The position numbers were made by a program, and so were the translations under genes. Under the pieces are notes generated by a model. That model had not been told where the DNA came from and ran no database searches. It was given only the letters and a program-made list of their open reading frames with translations. Shown here one piece after another: positions 41,413-51,430 of a DNA stretch of 64,000 nt; position 1 is the stretch's first letter; each line of letters opens with the position of its first letter. The stretch is from NCBI GenBank assembly GCA_965220895.1, contig OZ244850.1:1300861-1364860 (forward strand). Reading direction: 5' to 3'. The stretch is from Gammaproteobacteria bacterium. Its GTDB lineage: Bacteria > Pseudomonadota > Gammaproteobacteria > UBA4575.

Positions 41413-41997
41413 ATGATATTGATGATCGACAACTATGATTCCTTTACCTACAACCTGGTGCAATACCTGGGAGAAATCGGTGAAGACGTTAAGGTGGTGC
41501 GCAATGACCAGATCGGTATCGGGGACATCAAGACGATGCGTCCGGACCATATCGTCATTTCACCCGGTCCCTGTACGCCCAACGAGGCGGGAATTTCGAT
41601 GGACGCCATTGCCTCGCTGGAGGAACAGATTCCGATCCTCGGCGTTTGCCTGGGGCATCAGAGCATCGGGCAGGTCTATGGTGGGAATATCATCCGGGCA
41701 CGCGAAGTAATGCATGGCAAAACTTCCAGGGTCTACCATAACGGCACGCATGTCTTTGAACGGTGTGACAACCCGTTCACGGCCACCCGCTACCATTCCC
41801 TGGTGATTGAAAAAACCAGCGTGCCCGAATGCCTGGAGGTGACGGCCTGGACGCAGACTGAATCGGGGGATATCGACGAGATCATGGGCGTGCGCCACAA
41901 GGAGCATGCCGTGGAGGGGGTACAGTTTCATCCGGAATCGATCCTGACCGACTTCGGCCATCACCTGTTGACCAACTTCGTTCAGCAGAATCGATGA
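41413..41997 (+). CDS. trpG: Anthranilate synthase component II (glutamine amidotransferase)
   Basis: Class I GATase: ...[10 protein letters not shown]..., catalytic Cys-His-Glu. Confidence 0.9.
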   Translation: MILMIDNYDSFTYNLVQYLGEIGEDVKVVRNDQIGIGDIKTMRPDHIVISPGPCTPNEAGISMDAIASLEEQIPILGVCLGHQSIGQVYGGNIIRAREVMHGKTSRVYHNGTHVFERCDNPFTATRYHSLVIEKTSVPECLEVTAWTQTESGDIDEIMGVRHKEHAVEGVQFHPESILTDFGHHLLTNFVQQNR

Positions 41998-41998
41998 G

Positions 41999-43030
41999 AT
42001 GAGCACGCAAGCTCCAACGATCCAGCAGGTCCTCCCGGGCGTGATCGAGGAACAGGACCTGACCGCGGAACAGATGAACTCCGTGATGCACGAGATCATG
42101 TCCGGCAAGACCAGCCCCGCCCAGATGGCGGCCTTCCTGACTGCCCTGCGCATGAAAGGCGAGACCGTAACCGAGCTGTCCGCAGCGGCGGCCGTGATGC
42201 GCGAGCTTTCCACCCGGGTGAAGGTGTCTGCGGACTTCCTGGTAGACACCTGCGGCACCGGGGGGGATGCTAGGGAAACCTTCAACATCTCCACGGCCGC
42301 GGCATTTGCCGTGGCCGCCGCGGGCGGTTCGGTCGCCAAGCATGGCAACCGCTCGGTGTCGAGCAAAAGCGGCAGTGCGGACGTACTGGAAACCGCAGGC
42401 GCCAATCTGCAACTGACCCCGGGACAGGTGGCGCAGTGCATCGAGGAGCTCGGCGTCGGATTCCTGTTCGCACCCGCGCACCACAGCGCCATGAAACATG
42501 CGGTGGGCGTGCGCAAGGACCTGGGGGTGCGCACGATGTTCAACCTGCTGGGTCCGTTAACCAACCCGGCCGGTGCACCCAATCAGTTGCTAGGGGTGTT
42601 TGCGGGCCAGTGGGTCGAGCCGCTGGCACAGGTGCTGCACCTCCTCGGAAGCAAGCATGTGCTCGTCGTGCATGCCGAGGACGGACTCGATGAAATCAGC
42701 ATTGGCGGAGAAACGGAAGTGGCTGAATTGAAGGCCGGGGAGGTGACCCGCTACCGGATTTCGCCGGTACAGTTCGGGATAGACCCGTACAGCCTGGATG
42801 ATCTCAGGGTACAGGACTCCCGGCAAAGCCTGTCGATGGTGAAGGCAGCGCTCAGTGGCGAGGCGGGTGCCGCTGCCGGTATCGTCCGGCTCAATGCCGG
42901 TGCGGCGCTGTATGCATGCGACAAGGCGCAGACCCTGGAAGAAGGTGTGGAGATAGCAGCCTCGGTACTGGCGAGCGGGGCGGCCTGGAAGAAATTCCAG
43001 CAGTATGTGGAATACACGAACGATGTCTGA
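41999..43030 (+). CDS. trpD: Anthranilate phosphoribosyltransferase
   Basis: ...DTCGTGGD..., ...KHGNRSVSSKSGSADVLE... TrpD motifs. Confidence 0.9.
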   Translation: MSTQAPTIQQVLPGVIEEQDLTAEQMNSVMHEIMSGKTSPAQMAAFLTALRMKGETVTELSAAAAVMRELSTRVKVSADFLVDTCGTGGDARETFNISTAAAFAVAAAGGSVAKHGNRSVSSKSGSADVLETAGANLQLTPGQVAQCIEELGVGFLFAPAHHSAMKHAVGVRKDLGVRTMFNLLGPLTNPAGAPNQLLGVFAGQWVEPLAQVLHLLGSKHVLVVHAEDGLDEISIGGETEVAELKAGEVTRYRISPVQFGIDPYSLDDLRVQDSRQSLSMVKAALSGEAGAAAGIVRLNAGAALYACDKAQTLEEGVEIAASVLASGAAWKKFQQYVEYTNDV

Positions 43031-43032
43031 GG

Positions 43033-43830
43033 ATGCCTGAACAGCCCGAAATCCTTGCAAAGATCATAGCGCACAAGAAGGATGAACTGGTCGAGCGCAA
43101 AAGGCACATTTCCGAGCAGAACATGCAGGAGTGGGCCCGGGAGGCTCCAGCATCCAGGGGATTCGAGTCTGCCTTGCGCGGCGCGCAGCAGGCGAAGCGC
43201 CCAGGGGTGATCGCAGAAATCAAACGCGCGTCTCCAAGCCGCGGCGTCCTGCGAGAGGATTTCGATCCGATGCGAATTGCAGCCAGTTACCAGATGCATG
43301 GGGCCACCTGTATTTCCGTACTGACGGACGGACATTTCTTCAAGGGCTCCTGTGCCATACTCGAACTGGCCCGCAAGGTTAGCCCCCTGCCGATCCTGCG
43401 CAAGGACTTCATCATCGACCGCTACCAGGTGTACGAGACCCGCGCCGTCGATGCCGATTGCGTGCTGCTGATCGCCGCGGCCTTGGAGGACGGGAAAATG
43501 GCGGAACTGAACGGCTTGGCCAGGGAGCTGGGTCTGGATGTCCTGGTCGAGGTGCACAACCGGGAAGAGCTGGAACGTGCGCTTGTGATGGAACCGGGTC
43601 TGCTGGGAATCAACAACCGGGACCTGCACAGTTTCGAGACCACCCTGGACACGACCTTGGAACTATTGCCTGAAATTCCGGCGTCCTGTCATGTCGTGAC
43701 CGAAAGCGGGATCCAGACAAGAGAAGACATTGCCCTGATGACGGAAAAAGGGGTCAACTCCTTTCTCGTCGGCGAAGCCCTGATGGTCGCCGAAGAACCG
43801 GGAGCGCGGCTGAGGGAGTTGTTTTTCTAG
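43033..43830 (+). CDS. trpC: Indole-3-glycerol phosphate synthase
   Basis: ...VIAEIKRASPSRGVL..., ...LLIAAAL... TrpC. Start at ATG 43033, 2 nt after the trpD stop. Confidence 0.9.
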   Translation: MPEQPEILAKIIAHKKDELVERKRHISEQNMQEWAREAPASRGFESALRGAQQAKRPGVIAEIKRASPSRGVLREDFDPMRIAASYQMHGATCISVLTDGHFFKGSCAILELARKVSPLPILRKDFIIDRYQVYETRAVDADCVLLIAAALEDGKMAELNGLARELGLDVLVEVHNREELERALVMEPGLLGINNRDLHSFETTLDTTLELLPEIPASCHVVTESGIQTREDIALMTEKGVNSFLVGEALMVAEEPGARLRELFF

Positions 43831-43912
43831 GGATGCGGCCTCTTCTGGCACTCATCCGGCTATTCCTTTCTGCTAGCGGCCTGGCCGGGCGCGTAAAATA
43901 GTCGCTGGATTC

Positions 43913-44929
43913 ATGTCGAACCGAAAGAAAAGCATGCGCGCCATGGTACTGAACGCCGTCGGCCATCCCCTTGAGCAGGTTGAATTGCCGGTTCCCGAAC
44001 CGGGCGCAAACCAGGTGCTGGTTAGGGTGTTGGCCTGCGGGGTCTGCAGAACGGACTTGCACCTGGTGCACGGCGAATTGCCCGATATCCGCACCCCGGT
44101 GATCCCCGGGCATGAGATCGTGGGGGAGGTTGTAAGCGTCGCTCCGGATGTGCCCATGGCGCCTGGTACCCGGGTCGGTATCCCGTGGCTGGGCTGGACC
44201 TGCGGGGACTGCGGATTCTGCCAGATGGATCGGGAAAACCTGTGCGACCGTGCACGCTTCACAGGCTACCACCTTGATGGCGGTTATTGCGATTACACTG
44301 TCGCCGACTACCGGTATTGTATTCAGCTTCCCCGTGAAGGCAGTGCTGTCGACATGGCGCCGTTGCTGTGCGCGGGGCTGATCGGCTACCGGAGCCTGAA
44401 AATCGCGGATTCGCTATGTCGGCACAACAGGAAAGTCGGCCTGTTCGGTTTTGGCGCGGCAGCCCACATCCTTGCGCAAATCCTCGTTGGTCTTGGGCGG
44501 GAGTTCTGTGCATTTACAAGGCCGGGTGATCTTGATGCCCAGCAGTTTTCAGGCGACCTGGGGGCGGTGTGGGCGGGAGGCTCGGACCAACTGCTGCCGG
44601 ATGTGCTGGACAGTGCCATCATTTTCGCGCCGGTAGGGAACCTGGTGACGCAGGCCCTGCAAAGTGTGCGCAAGGGGGGTGCGGTCGTGTGCGGCGGGAT
44701 ACACATGAGCGATATCCCGTCCTTTCCGTATGCGACGCTCTGGGGCGAGCGCCAAATCAGTTCGGTTGCCAACCTGACCCGGCGCGACGGCGTCGAGTTC
44801 TTCGAAACGGTCACCCAGATGCCGGTCCACACCCACGTCCATTCCTATCCGCTGACCGAGGCCAATCAGGCGCTGGAAGACCTGCATGGCGGCAGGCTAA
44901 GAGGCGCTGCCGTGTTGCAGATTCAATGA
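43913..44929 (+). CDS. Zinc-dependent alcohol dehydrogenase (MDR family)
   Basis: GHEIVGEV zinc-ligand motif, structural-zinc Cys cluster CGDCGFCQMDRENLC, GxGxxG NAD site. Confidence 0.85.
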   Translation: MSNRKKSMRAMVLNAVGHPLEQVELPVPEPGANQVLVRVLACGVCRTDLHLVHGELPDIRTPVIPGHEIVGEVVSVAPDVPMAPGTRVGIPWLGWTCGDCGFCQMDRENLCDRARFTGYHLDGGYCDYTVADYRYCIQLPREGSAVDMAPLLCAGLIGYRSLKIADSLCRHNRKVGLFGFGAAAHILAQILVGLGREFCAFTRPGDLDAQQFSGDLGAVWAGGSDQLLPDVLDSAIIFAPVGNLVTQALQSVRKGGAVVCGGIHMSDIPSFPYATLWGERQISSVANLTRRDGVEFFETVTQMPVHTHVHSYPLTEANQALEDLHGGRLRGAAVLQIQ

Positions 44930-45149
44930 CCGGAACCCGCCGCACCGGAACTATGTGCACAACCTGAGGGCCTGCGAGGGCAATACGCCGCCTGCCAGTG
45001 CCTGGCTGGTCCGTGTCTGGAAAATCCCCGGCAAGTGCCTTGCCCTGTAGTGCCATCGGTACTGATCCGGCAGAGCTTGCTTTTTTTACACGAAATCCCG
45101 GGTTAAGCTAGAGGAATGCGAACCTCCGTACAGAAGATGTACACGCCTC

Positions 45150-45692
45150 ATGGAAGCTATACTTCAAAAACTGCATGACGACCACATTAATTTCGACAAG
45201 CTTCTAAATGTCCTGGAAGGGCAGCTGCATTTGCTGGAAGACTGTGAGGTGCCGGATCTCGATACAGCCCTGGATGCGGTCCGGTATATGAAGGAATACC
45301 CCGATCATGTTCATCACCCGATGGAGAACACCATTTTCAGGTATTTCCTGGAGCATTACGAGCCGACGCACGAGCGAATACATGACCTGCTTCTTGAGCA
45401 TGATGACATGCCCCAGCTTACGGACAGGCTTTTCGAAGTGCTGCAAAATGCTCTGGCAGCGGTTCCCCAGGAAAGGCAAGAGCTTTGCGCAATTCTGGAA
45501 GAATACATCTCCATACAAAGAAAGCACATTGACCGCGAAGAGGCCCACGTATACCCCATGCTGGATTCCAAACTCGGCAAGGAGGACTGGCAGCAAATCG
45601 ATCGCGTCATCGCCAAGGTCGAAGACCCGCTGTTTGGAAAGGATGTCCACGAATCCTATGAAAGGCTGCTGTCACAGATCATGAGTCGATAG
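45150..45692 (+). CDS. Hemerythrin-like (HHE cation-binding) domain protein
   Basis: Repeated H...HHP...E...H...E spacing (DHINFDKLL..., HVHHPMENTIF..., IDREEAHVYPML) typical of hemerythrin-like di-iron domains. Confidence 0.65.
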   Translation: MEAILQKLHDDHINFDKLLNVLEGQLHLLEDCEVPDLDTALDAVRYMKEYPDHVHHPMENTIFRYFLEHYEPTHERIHDLLLEHDDMPQLTDRLFEVLQNALAAVPQERQELCAILEEYISIQRKHIDREEAHVYPMLDSKLGKEDWQQIDRVIAKVEDPLFGKDVHESYERLLSQIMSR

Positions 45693-45806
45693 CGAGTTGC
45701 GGATTTCATGCCACGGGTTTTATCTGGCAATTTCGATCCTGTCCGACGAGGCGAGCTCAAGCCAGTCATTCCCATGTTTTTGTAAGTAAACAGGCAGGCA
45801 GAAAAA

Positions 45807-46235
45807 GTGAAAGTACGAGTACGATGGACTGACCACATGAGATTTGAGGCCGAAACCGGCAGCGGACATACGGTTGTCATGGACGGCCCTCCGGATCATG
45901 GGGGTCAAAATCTGGCGGCACGCCCCATGGAAATGATACTCGTGGGCATGGGCGGGTGCAGCGCCTTCGATGTGGTGCATACCCTCAAGAAGGCAAGACA
46001 GCCTGTGGACAGCTGTGAGGTTGATCTGCGGGCAGAGCGTGCAGATGCCATCCCTTCGGTCTTCACCAAGATACACCTGCACTTTGTTGTTGCAGGGCCG
46101 GACCTGGATCACCGGCGCGTCCACCGGGCCGTGGCATTGTCCGTTGAGAAGTACTGCTCGGTGATCATGATGCTGCGCGACAGCGTGGATATCACCTACG
46201 ACTATGAAGTCCTTGCAAAGGATACGGGTGTGTAG
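45807..46235 (+). CDS. OsmC/Ohr-family peroxiredoxin-like protein
   Basis: ...GGQNLAARPMEMILVGMGGCSAFDVV... with the two conserved Cys of OsmC. GTG start. Confidence 0.8.
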   Translation: MKVRVRWTDHMRFEAETGSGHTVVMDGPPDHGGQNLAARPMEMILVGMGGCSAFDVVHTLKKARQPVDSCEVDLRAERADAIPSVFTKIHLHFVVAGPDLDHRRVHRAVALSVEKYCSVIMMLRDSVDITYDYEVLAKDTGV

Positions 46236-46273
46236 GGAATCCGTCTCTTGCCCGCATTGTTGCCGAGTCGTAC

Positions 46274-47089
46274 ATGAATACAGATCACACAAAAATCAAA
46301 CTTCACGGTTTTAACAACCTGACCAAAACCCTGAGTGTCAATTTCTACAATATTCGTTATGTGCACACCCTGGCAGACCGGCAGGATTACCTGCGGCATA
46401 TCGATGAGGCGTACAGCACAAAACGCCTGCAGCAGGCACTTTGTGAGGTGGTAGACATCATCGGCGCAGACATCCTGAATATGTCGGCGTACGACTATGA
46501 GCCACGCGGCTCCAGCGTTGCCTGCCTGATTGCAGAAGGACCCGTGTTATCGGACACAGCCGTGCCCGGCCTGCATGCGGGGAATCAGGGTATCGCCGTG
46601 CAGCAGTCCACCGTCGCGCATCTAGACAAGAGCCATGTGACTGCACACACCTACCCAGAAAGTCACCCGGATGATGGCATTCACACGATTCGTGTGGACA
46701 TGGACATCTCCACCTGCGGCGAGGTGTCTCCACTCAACGCACTGGATTACCTCATTGAAGCCTTCAACGAGGATATTGTCGTCCTGGATTACCGGGTTCG
46801 CGGTTTTACCCGGGATGTTCTGGGACAAAAACACTACACCGACCATGAAATTGCATCCATCCAGGAGTTCTTGTCTGAGAAAGCCAGGCACCACTACCGG
46901 ATGGCCGATATGAATGTGGTGCAGACAAACACCTTCCACACCCGGATGAAGCGGCTGGACTTCAGGGTGGGCGACTACTTGTTTGGGGACGACACACACC
47001 GGTTCCAGAAGGATGAGCTGGATGCCTTGGAACTGCAGTTGAAAAAAGAGATGGATGAAATTTACTTCGGGGCGGGCCGCCTCGGGTAA
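46274..47089 (+). CDS. speD: S-adenosylmethionine decarboxylase proenzyme (E. coli SpeD type)
   Basis: KLHGFNNLTK...VAHLDKSHVTAHTYPESHPDDG...IDYRVRGFTRD closely parallels E. coli SpeD, including the processing-site serine region. Confidence 0.85.
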   Translation: MNTDHTKIKLHGFNNLTKTLSVNFYNIRYVHTLADRQDYLRHIDEAYSTKRLQQALCEVVDIIGADILNMSAYDYEPRGSSVACLIAEGPVLSDTAVPGLHAGNQGIAVQQSTVAHLDKSHVTAHTYPESHPDDGIHTIRVDMDISTCGEVSPLNALDYLIEAFNEDIVVLDYRVRGFTRDVLGQKHYTDHEIASIQEFLSEKARHHYRMADMNVVQTNTFHTRMKRLDFRVGDYLFGDDTHRFQKDELDALELQLKKEMDEIYFGAGRLG

Positions 47090-47731
47090 TCAAGCCCAGT
47101 AGGCGGTTCTGGTCATCACCTTGGAGGCCGCCCGCATCGCATGGCGGGCGAATTTAGGCAGTTCGTGAACTCCGGCATTCTGCGCATTTTCATCATGCTT
47201 GGCCTCGTCCTCTCGTATTCTTCGCAAAATATCCTGACTCCTCGCATCGTTTTCCGGCAGGCGGGAGAGGTGCTTGTCCAGATGCCGCACCACCTGTTTT
47301 TCCGTTTCTGAAACAAAGCCCAGGCTCCATTGGTCACCGAGCAATCCGACAGAGGCGCCGATTGCATACGAGCCAAGATACCATGCAGGCGCCAGGGTGC
47401 TTGGACGGTCATTGAGTTCGGCGAGTCTTTTCTTGCACCAGTCCAGGTGGGCCTGCTCTTCTCGTGCACAGTCTTGCATGTGCTGCCTGACTTCCTTGTT
47501 GCGTGCAGTCAACGCCTGTCCGTGATAGAGGCCCTGTGCGGCGACTTCTCCGGCATGGTTGACGCGCATGAGGCGGGCAGACGTTTTTTTTTCATGGGCC
47601 TGTAAACCGTCCTCAGTGAGTCCATGATCGTCAGCGTTGGTGTCGGGCCCCATCCCGAGCAGGGTAAACATGGCCCGGATGCCGCTTTCGGTATGGGACA
47701 AGAAGTGATCAAGTGTGCTGTGGTCGCGCAT
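47090..47731 (-). CDS. coq7: Demethoxyubiquinone hydroxylase (di-iron Coq7 family)
   Basis: MRVNHAGEVAAQGLY plus a second E-x-x-H repeat (EDEAKHDE); 213 aa. Confidence 0.85.
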   Translation of the reverse strand: MRDHSTLDHFLSHTESGIRAMFTLLGMGPDTNADDHGLTEDGLQAHEKKTSARLMRVNHAGEVAAQGLYHGQALTARNKEVRQHMQDCAREEQAHLDWCKKRLAELNDRPSTLAPAWYLGSYAIGASVGLLGDQWSLGFVSETEKQVVRHLDKHLSRLPENDARSQDILRRIREDEAKHDENAQNAGVHELPKFARHAMRAASKVMTRTAYWA

Positions 47732-49031
47732 CTCCTGAGTATATCAATTGCCTCGCGAAAAGTTGTATGGGATGACAAACCACAACGGCTGCATTGGTTT
47801 TTGAGAGTTGTGCCTGCAGATGCATGGCACAGCCGATGTTGGGCGTTACCAGATAGGCGGCATCGCCGTTCACGACCTCGGAGATCAGGTTCTTGCCGAG
47901 GCAGTCCGCATGCCGGGTCTGGAAAAGTACATTCAAGCCCCCCGCCCCGCAACATGCCGAAGTGTCCTGAAAGGTTTCAAGTTGAATTCCTGGGATCGTA
48001 CCGAGCAGCTTTTCGACCACGTGTACATCATCGCTAACCTGTTTTTGCGTGCAGGGGACGTGGACGAACACTTTTTGCGGCAGCGGCTGCAAATCCAGGT
48101 CCTGCCTTTCGAGCTGCTCGACGGCAAACGAACAAATATCTCTGTGACGGTCTGCCAGCTCAGTGGAAAGCGGATCATCCAGCAGTTGCGGATATCGATG
48201 GATCTGCGAGGCGCAGCCGGTAGCCAGGGAGACCAAGGCATCGACATCCTGGTCCCTGAACGTGTCGCAGAATTCCTGGATCAGTTTTCTCGCTGTGCGC
48301 GAGTCCCCATTGTGTTGGTGCAAGGCACCGCAGCAGTGCGTCTGCGGGAAGCGTACGGTTTCAAATTGCAGCGCCAGCAAGACCGCCTCGGCCGCTGGAA
48401 GTGTCGTGTCAGAAAAAATGTCACCGGCACATGACTGAACCAGTGCGACCTTTTTTTTCGGCAAGTGGGCAGGCACGGACGGGGGGGTAGTGCGGGTCCT
48501 ATGAGGTCGCGGGATCAAGGTGATGACACGAAGCAGGCGGGGAAACCGCAGGGCAACTTTTTTCAGCAGACGGTCCATTCTCAGGGCATGGTAGATACGC
48601 AACATGCCCTTTATGAATTTCCGCACCCCGGTCTTACTCAATGCCCCTAGCAGCAGGGATCGTCCCAGCCGGTAACGCAATGTATGCTGTTGGTTCGTGA
48701 TGTCGCGACCGGCATCAAGAATTTTTGCGTAGTCCACCTTCGCCGGGCAAACGGCCATGCAGTTCATGCATGCCAAGCATTGATCAAGATGGCTGATCAG
48801 GGCAGGACCCGGGGATAATTTGTCTTCCTGCAAGGCGCGCACCAGGGCAATGCGGCCACGCGGCGACTCTGCTTCATTTTTTGTAATGGAGTACGTCGGG
48901 CAGTGAGGCAAGCACAGCCCACACATCACGCATTTGTCTGTTGCAGCGATGATGTCTTTGTCGTTCAACGGGGTGGGTAGCATGATGCTTTTGCGAAAAC
49001 TTGAAAGTCTCAGGGTAGCAGAGCTTGGCAC
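47709..49031 (-). CDS. CCG-domain iron-sulfur protein (GlcF / heterodisulfide-reductase-D-like)
   Basis: Two 4Fe-4S ferredoxin motifs (CVMCGLCLPHCP, CLACMNCMAVCP) followed by two Cys-rich CCG repeats (...HCCGA..., ...ACCGAGG...). Overlaps the coq7 start by 23 nt. Confidence 0.7.
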   Translation of the reverse strand: MPSSATLRLSSFRKSIMLPTPLNDKDIIAATDKCVMCGLCLPHCPTYSITKNEAESPRGRIALVRALQEDKLSPGPALISHLDQCLACMNCMAVCPAKVDYAKILDAGRDITNQQHTLRYRLGRSLLLGALSKTGVRKFIKGMLRIYHALRMDRLLKKVALRFPRLLRVITLIPRPHRTRTTPPSVPAHLPKKKVALVQSCAGDIFSDTTLPAAEAVLLALQFETVRFPQTHCCGALHQHNGDSRTARKLIQEFCDTFRDQDVDALVSLATGCASQIHRYPQLLDDPLSTELADRHRDICSFAVEQLERQDLDLQPLPQKVFVHVPCTQKQVSDDVHVVEKLLGTIPGIQLETFQDTSACCGAGGLNVLFQTRHADCLGKNLISEVVNGDAAYLVTPNIGCAMHLQAQLSKTNAAVVVCHPIQLFARQLIYSGDARPQHT

Positions 49032-49142
49032 ATGTCTTGATTGCGGACAGTCAAACCTGAACGGGAAACGGGTAACAGTTTAGTGTGGATACAAGTGTAT
49101 AATTAAATGTTCGTTATGGATAATCTGTGACCGAGCTCAACA

Positions 49143-49448
49143 ATGTCATTTTATAAACGTCATCTCTTCATGTGCGTGAATCAACGAGAGGACAAAGCCT
49201 GCTGCGAAGACCATGGGGCTGCCGAGTTGCGCACGTATGCCAAAAACAGGACCAAGGAACTGGGCATTGCAGGACAGGGTGGGGTGCGCGTGAACAGGGC
49301 AGGTTGCCTGGACCGTTGCGATGAAGGCCCTGTGGCAGTGGTTTATCCCGATGCCGTTTGGTACACCTACAGGGATGAAAGTGATCTTGACGAAATCATT
49401 ACCAGGCACCTCATGGACGGCGAAATCGTTGATCGTCTGAGAATCTGA
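49143..49448 (+). CDS. Thioredoxin-like [2Fe-2S] ferredoxin
   Basis: 101 aa. Cys pattern C-x-x...CC...C...C (FMCVNQREDKACCEDHG...GCLDRCDEGP) of the NuoE-like/thioredoxin-like 2Fe-2S ferredoxins. Confidence 0.65.
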   Translation: MSFYKRHLFMCVNQREDKACCEDHGAAELRTYAKNRTKELGIAGQGGVRVNRAGCLDRCDEGPVAVVYPDAVWYTYRDESDLDEIITRHLMDGEIVDRLRI

Positions 49449-49606
49449 TCGCTTCCGTATACCCATATCGGGGTGTATGGCGAAAATCCCCCAAAAATCC
49501 CCCAAAAATTAGTTGACTGTAATATAGAAATATTAGAAAATGCGCATATTCTGATAGTTTGAATGCAAACTAAGAGCTCCTCCATCTACCTCTCTGGTAG
49601 TTAGCT

Positions 49607-49641
49607 AAGCGTAGGCCGCAAAAGCCTACGCTTTTTTTTGC
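49607..49641 (+). terminator. Rho-independent terminator
   Basis: Perfect hairpin aagcgtaggc-cgcaaa-gcctacgctt followed by a T8 tract. Confidence 0.75.
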
Positions 49642-49711
49642 CCAAAAACTGGCTTGTCAGCGTACTATGATGTCCGTTACTATTCTCCGCTTTGCGGAAT
49701 GAAAATCCAAG

Positions 49712-50149
49712 ATGAATCCAATGGCCACAGTCAGCGCTAAGCCTGCACAGATACAGCGAAGCTGGTATCTGGTGGATGCCACCGACAAGACGTTGGGGCG
49801 CATGGCAAGTGAAATTGCAGCCAGACTGAAAGGCAAGCACAAACCGATTTACACGCCGCATGTGGACACTGGTGATTTTATCGTCGTCATCAATGCCGAG
49901 AAGGTACGTGTCACAGGCAATAAAATGGAAGACAAGAGGTATCACCGCTACACGGGCTATGTGGGCGGCCTCAAGTCCACCAAACTCAAGGAAATGCTTA
50001 CGAAATCCCCTGAGCGCGTTATTGAGAATGCCGTAAGAGGGATGTTGCCGAAGAACCCGATGGGGCGCGCAATGTTTCGAAAACTGAAAGTCTATGCAGG
50101 CTCAGAACACAAGCATTCTGCCCAGAAACCCCAACCGTTGGAGTTTTAG
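49712..50149 (+). CDS. rplM: 50S ribosomal protein L13
   Basis: ...[27 protein letters not shown]... full-length L13. Confidence 0.95.
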   Translation: MNPMATVSAKPAQIQRSWYLVDATDKTLGRMASEIAARLKGKHKPIYTPHVDTGDFIVVINAEKVRVTGNKMEDKRYHRYTGYVGGLKSTKLKEMLTKSPERVIENAVRGMLPKNPMGRAMFRKLKVYAGSEHKHSAQKPQPLEF

Positions 50150-50156
50150 CCAAGCC

Positions 50157-50549
50157 ATGCCACAAGAACAGTTTTATGGGACTGGACGAAGAAAAAGTTC
50201 GACTGCGCGCGTTTATCTGCGTCCCGGTTCAGGCCAGATCACGGTCAATATGCGCGCTTTTGATCAATATTTCGGCAGAGAAACGTCATGCATGATCATT
50301 CGCCAGCCACTCGAGCTCACCGAGTTGACAGATAAATTTGATATCGATGTCAAGGTCAAGGGGGGTGGCTCGAACGGCCAGGCCGGTGCGGTACAGCTGG
50401 GCATCGCCCGGGCCCTGCTGGTATATGATCAGAATCTGCGTGCGTCGCTGCGACAGAACGGATTTCTTACCCGCGATGCGCGTGAAGTGGAACGCAAGAA
50501 AGTCGGTTTGCGCAAGGCGCGCAAGAAAGAACAGTATTCCAAGCGCTGA
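50157..50549 (+). CDS. rpsI: 30S ribosomal protein S9
   Basis: ...[12 protein letters not shown]...[10 protein letters not shown]...[16 protein letters not shown] 50157 with ggag RBS. Confidence 0.95.
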   Translation: MPQEQFYGTGRRKSSTARVYLRPGSGQITVNMRAFDQYFGRETSCMIIRQPLELTELTDKFDIDVKVKGGGSNGQAGAVQLGIARALLVYDQNLRASLRQNGFLTRDAREVERKKVGLRKARKKEQYSKR

Positions 50550-50700
50550 TCTGCCACTGTTCCAGGCACAGCTTTCCGGGGCACTGAACAGCTCGACGAT
50601 GCCGGTAGCCCCTTGATACCCGCAGGTGGGATACGGTATCTGAACTTCCCCCAACCTGCCTCAGGGATATCAGTCAGGTTCGCCGCCCAGTGAGTTCCTG

Positions 50701-51354
50701 TCAGACGATCCGAAGGCCCAATTCTTCGCCCAAAACCAGGATGTCGGCGGGCCTTAATGCAAATATCCCGACCGTGACAACCCCCGCAATATTGTTTAGT
50801 TCACGCTCTTTGTCTACGGGATTCAGGATTTCCAAATTGTGCACATCGAGAATAAGATTGCCGTTATCGGTTTGATACCCTTCCCTCAACTCGGGGACGC
50901 CGCCATGTTTGACAAGCTGTCTTGCCACGTGACTTCTTGCCATGGGGATCACCTCGACAGGTAAGGGGAAAGCGCCCAGCGTGTCGACCAGTTTGGTATC
51001 GTCAGCAATGCACACGAATTTTTCACTCACTCCTGCAACGATTTTTTCACGCGTCAATGCGCCACCGCCGCCCTTGATCAAGTGTTTGTGGCGGGTCGCC
51101 TCGTCGGCACCATCGACGTACACAGGCAGGCTGGATACGCTATTCAGGTCCAGCACCTGTATGCCGTGCTCCTTCAATCTCCGTGCTGTGGCCTCTGAGC
51201 TTGCCACGGTGCCATCGATTTTTCCCTTGATGCCTGCAAGTGCATCAATAAAATGATTTGCGGTAGATCCCGTACCAACGCCGACTATGTCGCCGGCTTG
51301 TATATAGTCCAGGGCGCCCATGGCGGCAGCCAGTTTTTTTTTCTCCAGTGACAT
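50701..51354 (-). CDS. rpiA: Ribose-5-phosphate isomerase A
   Basis: ...[16 protein letters not shown]..., ...DGADE... RpiA motifs; 217 aa. Confidence 0.9.
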   Translation of the reverse strand: MSLEKKKLAAAMGALDYIQAGDIVGVGTGSTANHFIDALAGIKGKIDGTVASSEATARRLKEHGIQVLDLNSVSSLPVYVDGADEATRHKHLIKGGGGALTREKIVAGVSEKFVCIADDTKLVDTLGAFPLPVEVIPMARSHVARQLVKHGGVPELREGYQTDNGNLILDVHNLEILNPVDKERELNNIAGVVTVGIFALRPADILVLGEELGLRIV

Positions 51355-51430
51355 TGCATGAAAACAGTTTGAGTTTTATAAATGATACCGGTACCCGATG
51401 CGGAAAGCATGATCTATCGCAATTTCTACC

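Noticed and set aside
40005-43629. Minus-strand ORFs of 284, 340, 205 and 292 aa
   Set aside because: Antisense to trpE, trpG, trpD and trpC.
44930-45149. Hairpin plus T7 run (about 45070-45090) after the ADH gene
   Set aside because: The stem is only 3-6 bp and interrupted. A weak terminator at best.
47808-48434. 208-aa plus-strand ORF
   Set aside because: Antisense to the CCG-domain Fe-S gene.
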